A stretch of DNA of 64,000 nt from Fibrobacteria bacterium (GTDB taxonomy: Bacteria; Fibrobacterota; Fibrobacteria; UBA11236; JADFYW01): positions 32,001 through 96,000 of the forward strand of contig JBNKOC010000016.1 in the NCBI GenBank assembly GCA_050294405.1. Direction: 5' to 3'. Position numbers and translations under genes: made by a program. Positions 58,629 to 64,000 of the stretch are shown piece by piece; the first letter of the stretch is position 1; each line of letters starts with the position of its first letter. A model generated the notes under the pieces. The model made no database searches. It saw nothing but the letters and a program-made list of their open reading frames with translations, and was not told the origin of the DNA.

Positions 58629-60094
58629 ATGACACAAGCAATTTCATTTTTTAATGCAGTTTGGAAAAATGGCATTGGAGATGTTTTCCAGGTTATTAAT
58701 CCCTCCAACGGGCAATTACTATGGGAAGGTCCTTCTTGTTCCGATGCCGATGTTATGGATGCTTTGGCAGCCTCGAAAATAGTGCAAAAAAAATGGGAAT
58801 ACACATCCCCCGAAAAGCGAATAGAGTTGTTGCAAAAATATGGGAACAGCTTAAATAAACATTCAGTAGAACTGGCCCATATCATTTCGCTTTGCACAGG
58901 CAAACCATCATGGGAATCTATAGCTGAAGTAAATGCCATGATAGGGAAAATACCCATTTCCATCGAGGCTTATAAGGAACGTTCCAATACAAGCCAAGTT
59001 ATAACCGGCTCAATCACATCCCAAACCTCCTTTAAACCATTAGGTGTGGTCGCAGTATTTGGTCCATTTAATTTTCCAGGGCATTTGCCTAATGGGCATA
59101 TAGTTCCAGCCTTGTTAGCAGGCAATTCCATAGTGTTTAAACCAAGCGAATTTGTACCCCTGGTGGCAGTTAAAATGCTGGAGTGCATGTTAGAAGCGGG
59201 CTTTCCCGAAAATCTGGTACAAGTTATTCAGGGAAAATCTGCAACAGGCAAAGCCTTGGCGCAGTCTGGAAAAATCCGGGGATTATTTTTTACAGGGAGC
59301 TCCACTACCGGGAAAATTTTACACCAGCATTTGCTGGCAAACCCGATGTATTGCTTGCTCTTGAAATGGGAGGAAACAACCCACTCATTGTATGGGATAA
59401 AAAAGATTTGAAGTCCACGGCCCTTCATCTTTTAAACTCTGCGTTTATTACGGCAGGCCAGCGATGTACCTGCGCCCGCAGACTCATTCTTCCAAAAAAT
59501 CAAGTGGCCAATGATCTAATAGAAGAACTCATTTCCCTTTGTAAAAAAATATATGTTAATGGTTACCCTTCGGAAAAAGAGCCTTTTATGGGGCCTGTAA
59601 TCTGCGAAGCTGCCGGGGATAAAGCTTTATTGTTTCAAAATAAGTTAAAGAAAAATGGGGCTGAAAGTATTTTAGAAATGGAAACCTTGGGAAAGCCTAA
59701 TCTACTATCTCCTGGTATTTTGGATGTAAGCCGGTGTTTAGATCCTTCAGATGATGAAATTTTCGCTCCGCTGTTACAGCTTTACAGAGTGAGCCATTTT
59801 GAGGAGGCTCTGGATTTGGCGAATTCCACAAAATACGGGTTGGCGGCCTCCTTATTTTCAGATGATGTAAAATTATGGGAAAAGTTTTACAAACATTGTC
59901 GTGCCGGTGTACTCAATTGGAATAGGCCTACTACGGGGGCTTCCTCCCGGCAGCCTTTTGGAGGGGTGGGGCTTAGCGGAAATTACCGCCCCAGCGCCTA
60001 TTTTGCTGCAGATTACTGCGCTTATCCTGTGGCTTCCCAATTGGAGCCTGAATTATCAGACCCCCCAGCCCCGCCCAAGGGGCTTTACCTCTAA
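58629..60094 (+). pseudogene. astD: Succinylglutamate-semialdehyde dehydrogenase-like ALDH split by a 1-nt frameshift near 59330 (real or sequencing error)
   Basis: N-half has GPFNFPGHLPNGHIVPALLAGN, FKPSE and FTGS; C-half has LALEMGGNNP, AGQRCTCARR and GNYRPSAYFAADYCAYP. Adding one T to CAG CAT TTG CTG restores HQHFAGKPD. Confidence 0.8.
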
Positions 60095-60150
60095 CTTGCA
60101 CACTATTCCATTTTATTGTCTATTAATAGAATCTTTTGAAAAGGAGTGAT

Positions 60151-61173
60151 ATGGCTGCCGACTTAATATATGATATTATGCCTCTTGGATTTCCCTGGCA
60201 AACCTTAGACCCCTTTTTATTTTGTGTACATCACGAGGACTTTTATCCCAACGGAAACGAGCAATTCGGCCCTGAGGCTTCTTTAAGCGGTCGCAACATT
60301 GGCCAGGATTTCACTATAAAAGATGGCTGGCGCATGTATCACGGAGAAAAAGTGCCGGGATTCCCTGTTCACCCTCACCGCGGCTTTGAAACCGTAACTG
60401 TGGTTCGCAGGGGTTACGTGGATCATGCTGATTCCATGGGGGCGGCGGGAAGGTATGGAGGCGGCGATGTGCAATGGATGACAGCCGGTAAAGGGGTACA
60501 GCATGCGGAAATGTTCCCGCTGTTAAATAAAAATAAAGAAAATACTCTGGAATTGTTTCAAATTTGGTTGAACCTGCCTTCTAAGAATAAAATGGTGGAA
60601 CCCCATTTTAAAATGTTGTGGAGCGATTCTTTGCCTAAAATTACCGTAAAAGATTTAAAGGGCAAAACCACAATATTGGAAATTACCGCAGGTATGTATA
60701 ACGGCGCAAAATTGCCAACGCCTCCACCGGATAGTTGGGCTGCGGATAATGCCAATAATGTATGGATATGGACCCTTAATATGGAAAAAACAGCTCAGTT
60801 TGAAATCCCCAAATCACAGCCAGGGCTAAACAGAATGCTTTATTTTTTTAAGGGCTCTAAAATAAAAATTGGGGAAAAAGAAGTATCCCCCGGACATGGC
60901 ATTCATTTGAGATCAGATACTAACATAACTATTGAAAATGGCGCAGAAGCAGCTCAATTTTTGCTATTGCAGGGAAAACCCATTTCAGAGCCAGTGGTCC
61001 AATACGGCCCATTTGTAATGAATACCCAGGCCGAAATCCAGCAAACCTTTATGGACTATCGTCAAAGCAATTTCGGAGGCTGGCCCTGGAATAGGCCCGA
61101 TCCCATTCATGCGGACAAGGAGGGTCGTTTTGCCAAACACGCCGATGGCACAATGGAAACAAGGCCACTGTAA
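60151..61173 (+). CDS. Pirin family protein
   Basis: DPFLFCVHH, GFPVHPHRGFETVT, QWMTAGKGVQHAEMF, FQIWLNLP and YGPFVMN; AGGAG RBS before ATG 60151. Confidence 0.93.
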   Translation: MAADLIYDIMPLGFPWQTLDPFLFCVHHEDFYPNGNEQFGPEASLSGRNIGQDFTIKDGWRMYHGEKVPGFPVHPHRGFETVTVVRRGYVDHADSMGAAGRYGGGDVQWMTAGKGVQHAEMFPLLNKNKENTLELFQIWLNLPSKNKMVEPHFKMLWSDSLPKITVKDLKGKTTILEITAGMYNGAKLPTPPPDSWAADNANNVWIWTLNMEKTAQFEIPKSQPGLNRMLYFFKGSKIKIGEKEVSPGHGIHLRSDTNITIENGAEAAQFLLLQGKPISEPVVQYGPFVMNTQAEIQQTFMDYRQSNFGGWPWNRPDPIHADKEGRFAKHADGTMETRPL

Positions 61174-61209
61174 AACTTATTTTGTATTAAGGCTTTGTTT
61201 TGCTGCGAG

Positions 61210-61403
61210 GGCAATTATAAAAATTGATGATCGATGTTGTGAGCGAGGCGTGCGATGACGAACCGAGGATACTTAAATTAAGGTCCCGACGAGTTTGAAG
61301 GAGCTTGCGACGACCAAAAACCGGAGTTTATACATTATAAATGAGGATTTTGAGGAAGAGTAGAACGAAGCTCACAGCTGCGAGGGCAATTTTTAGAGCT
61401 GCC
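61210..61403. mobile_element. Palindromic MITE/RPE-like repeat element (~195 bp)
   Basis: Imperfect ~35-bp terminal inverted repeats: the left arm GGCAATTATAAAAATTGATGATCGATGTTGTGAGC matches the reverse complement of the right arm, GGCAGCTCTAAAAATTGCCCTCGCAGCTGTGAGC. Two internal hairpins. Confidence 0.6.
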
Positions 61404-62204
61404 TGAAAGTAAATAGGAGTTGGAAAAGCCTAAGCGCGGATGGTACTGAGAAGATGGGCTTAAGGTTAAAGAGCCCAAGTTTAAGCTGATTCCCAGGGAC
61501 AATTGAAAAGGAATATCCGTAATGCCGTAGCTAAACTCCAGGTATTTGGAAAAAATAAAATTTTGACTGAATTTGCGCTGAAATCCTTTTTGAAAATCAT
61601 AACTAACATCCATGGCTAATTGGGAGTTTTTTAAGTTTATTTGAATTCCTCCTTGGTAAACTGTAGCTTTTATGCTTTCAATGTTTTCCTTTCTTATAAT
61701 AGGGGATTTATAAATCAGCCCTAATTTTATCTTTGAGTAGGATAGAATTGCTCCGGCGATCAAACTGCTTGAATAAGTTCCCTCAAATTCCTGAATTTCA
61801 ACCCGGTGTAAATTAGCTGCTAAACCAAGTTGTAGCCATCCAGCAATTCTCATAGATGTCTGGGGCTGAAAATGTTGTTCCACATACAAATCTTCAATTT
61901 TAAATTGATGTATGTTGCAGGCTAAGCCCCAATTGGGAAAATCCCAAAAGGCCCCCATATGTATTTGGGATACGGATTCCATCTGAAAGGGATTGCGGTA
62001 ACTTAGGCTAAATCCTCTTGTGTTGGCATCATGGGATGCGGGGTTGTTAAAAAGCCCCGTGCGTTTTAAGCCGGTGGCAGCTCCCGCTCCAAGATGTGCA
62101 TTGTAGCTGTCTTCAACACCTGTATAGTTATATTCAGCAAAAGCTGGAAGAGGCAAGGCTAAAAAGAATCCTAGCCCTATAATGCCCATTTTAAATCTTG
62201 ACAT
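61335..62204 (-). CDS. Outer-membrane beta-barrel, PorV/PorQ-like
   Basis: Signal peptide; GLFNNPAS motif, amphipathic strands and YHPRLG near the end. Start moved to ATG 62204. Confidence 0.55.
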   Translation of the reverse strand: MSRFKMGIIGLGFFLALPLPAFAEYNYTGVEDSYNAHLGAGAATGLKRTGLFNNPASHDANTRGFSLSYRNPFQMESVSQIHMGAFWDFPNWGLACNIHQFKIEDLYVEQHFQPQTSMRIAGWLQLGLAANLHRVEIQEFEGTYSSSLIAGAILSYSKIKLGLIYKSPIIRKENIESIKATVYQGGIQINLKNSQLAMDVSYDFQKGFQRKFSQNFIFSKYLEFSYGITDIPFQLSLGISLNLGSLTLSPSSQYHPRLGFSNSYLLSGSSKNCPRSCELRSTLPQNPHL

Positions 62205-62205
62205 A

Positions 62206-63783
62206 TTAGCGAACCACCAATGGAAGTTTATAGCTGCGAGAACCCTCCAGTTCAATTAGCACTATATATGGATTGGCTAAAAGTTTTTTACCGTTTTTTA
62301 GCTGATGGTTTATTTTGATGTTTTGAGCACTGCTAAACTCCCCAAAGTCCTCAAGTTCAACTCCATTAAAATCGAAGAGGCTTACATGATACTTTTGGGA
62401 TAAAGCGGCTTGTACCCGAAGCTCTGTAAAATTGCTTTTTTTACTGTCTATAATTTTGGAGCTTAGTTCTGGCTGAAAAACGGCATGTAAATCGGCTTGA
62501 TAACCGGGGCTTGCCTTTTGGGAAGAGGATGCTGCAGCTGGATTGAGTACCCAGCTTTCACTCTCGATTCCAGCTTCCAAACAACCTTTTCCATTGGAAA
62601 CATCCTGAGAGCTGTAAGTAGCCAGAGTTAGCAGGGCGCCAGAATATTTTAAACTAATGCTGTCTTCGCTATTTCTTAAGCTATTCCAGGGACTCACAGC
62701 ATATATACTGGAGGAAAAATCCGGGTATGTTTCTGAAAGCAACTGCCGGTTTTGACTAAGTAGGGCGTATTGCCCAGGGCCCAATTTGATTTTATTCTCG
62801 GGAGTAAATTCCAAATGTCCTTCTCCCACTTGCAAATATTGCAGAGACACTTCGTTTTCGGAGGAATTGTATATTTCAAACCATTCGGGAACTCCTTCGG
62901 GAGGCTGAAAACATATTTCAGTTATGCTTATGGGGCTCTTTCCCAATTTATAAATGTTAAGAAAGTTGTTTGCATTATTTAAATCCCCTGAAATGCGGAA
63001 AACAAAAGAGTGAAAATTCAAATCCCCCGGGATATCCAGGGAAATGACACCGCTTTCTTCATTGGGATTTATGCTAACATTTCCATTTTTTATGTAAACA
63101 TCTTCCATAGCGTCCAAGTCCACATCTTCAAAAAAATTCCATTGTATGCTTAAGCTTGAACGTAGATTTTTTGCTCTCCAGTAAATGTTTATCTGGGAAT
63201 TTGATCTGTCCAATTCATAGTGGCTTAATATTATATCGTCGTCCCAGTTAATATTGGCTGCGGGATGAAAATAGCCTGGGCTCGCAAAATCTCCCCAGTA
63301 AGATGGGGTGGAGGATTCGACCCATTCCTCGCTTGGCATCCCTTCTGGAAAACTGTTTTCCCAACTTTTTCCATCTTTGGAAGCTGGGACAGTGTACTTT
63401 TTGTTAAAGCCTTCTCCCCGTAATTCAATTTCAAGGGCCCCGCTGTTTGTCAAACTAAGAGAAGGCCATTCTTGTTGGCACTTTATATTATAAGTAGCAA
63501 GGTTGGAGGAATCTTTACATATTAAAAATATTCCAGGGGAAGTTTTTAAAGGTATGCTTACTTCCAATAACTGGCCATTTACATCAAGCTGAATAAGTTG
63601 GGCCCCGGTTAAAAGGCTTTTTCCATAGCCGAGTTCTAAAAATTCCCCTTCGGCATCATATATATGGCTGGGGTTTGCCATAACTTCAGATAAAAAAACC
63701 GCGCCATGTGCCCGGAGGCCATATGGGAACCCCGCCAAAAATAAAAACAAAGCCGTGCTAAGGCCACTTAATGCATAGCTCAT
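62206..63783 (-). CDS. Secreted lamin-tail-domain (LTD) protein with two LTDs and a C-terminal sorting-like domain
   Basis: LSEVMANP..EGEFLEL..LTNSG..ASPG and ITEICFQP..PEWFEIYN..LRNSEDSISL..ASPG; tail LFDFNG..NPYIVLI. Confidence 0.75.
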   Translation of the reverse strand: MSYALSGLSTALFLFLAGFPYGLRAHGAVFLSEVMANPSHIYDAEGEFLELGYGKSLLTGAQLIQLDVNGQLLEVSIPLKTSPGIFLICKDSSNLATYNIKCQQEWPSLSLTNSGALEIELRGEGFNKKYTVPASKDGKSWENSFPEGMPSEEWVESSTPSYWGDFASPGYFHPAANINWDDDIILSHYELDRSNSQINIYWRAKNLRSSLSIQWNFFEDVDLDAMEDVYIKNGNVSINPNEESGVISLDIPGDLNFHSFVFRISGDLNNANNFLNIYKLGKSPISITEICFQPPEGVPEWFEIYNSSENEVSLQYLQVGEGHLEFTPENKIKLGPGQYALLSQNRQLLSETYPDFSSSIYAVSPWNSLRNSEDSISLKYSGALLTLATYSSQDVSNGKGCLEAGIESESWVLNPAAASSSQKASPGYQADLHAVFQPELSSKIIDSKKSNFTELRVQAALSQKYHVSLFDFNGVELEDFGEFSSAQNIKINHQLKNGKKLLANPYIVLIELEGSRSYKLPLVVR

Positions 63784-64000
63784 AAACCCACCAGATAGAT
63801 GAAATTACTGTTAACGAAAATTTTGAACGCAACCTAAATATAATAAATCAATAAATGACTTGTAAAGGGAAGTATGTATATCTCCCCTAAAAAAGATTCA
63901 AATATTGGGCAAATTTATATTTAAAGTTTCAACTAAGTTGAAAGCGATTCCTGGTGGTGCTTTTTCAAGCTTGGTGCATAAGTTTCCATAAATGCCATCA

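Overview
Bacterial genomic window, most likely Fibrobacterota or a related FCB-group lineage. This is inferred from two TIGR02147-type regulators, CBM11/CIA30-like modules and many T9SS-like C-terminal sorting domains. It has four blocks. (1) 1-30.4 kb is a cellulose/mannan utilisation region: oligosaccharide ABC transporter, GH26, GH8, GH9, GH94 phosphorylase, a CBM-only protein, two beta-propeller proteins, an ECF sigma/FecR-PEGA-TPR pair and two TIGR02147 + DUF2341/LamG lipoprotein cassettes. (2) 30.7-36.7 kb holds mixed housekeeping and hypothetical genes. (3) 36.9-46.1 kb is a translationally coupled 7-gene amino-acid operon: aminotransferase-GNAT-pseudo-aminotransferase fusion, C45 hydrolase, class III aminotransferase, CoA transferase A, KamA radical SAM, CoA transferase B and thiolase. 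(4) 46.3-58.5 kb is a sigma54-driven chemosensory cluster, followed by a frameshifted astD-like gene, pirin, a palindromic MITE-like element and a lamin-tail/PorV-like gene pair. Best new observations: a recurring ECF-type promoter (TGAAC[C/T]N-N16/17-ACTAA) in front of six transcription units including the ECF sigma gene itself, which suggests a cellulose-sensing sigma/anti-sigma regulon; and the KamA operon, which reads as a candidate aerobic beta-lysine catabolic pathway. All family calls come from motif recognition by eye; no database searches were run.
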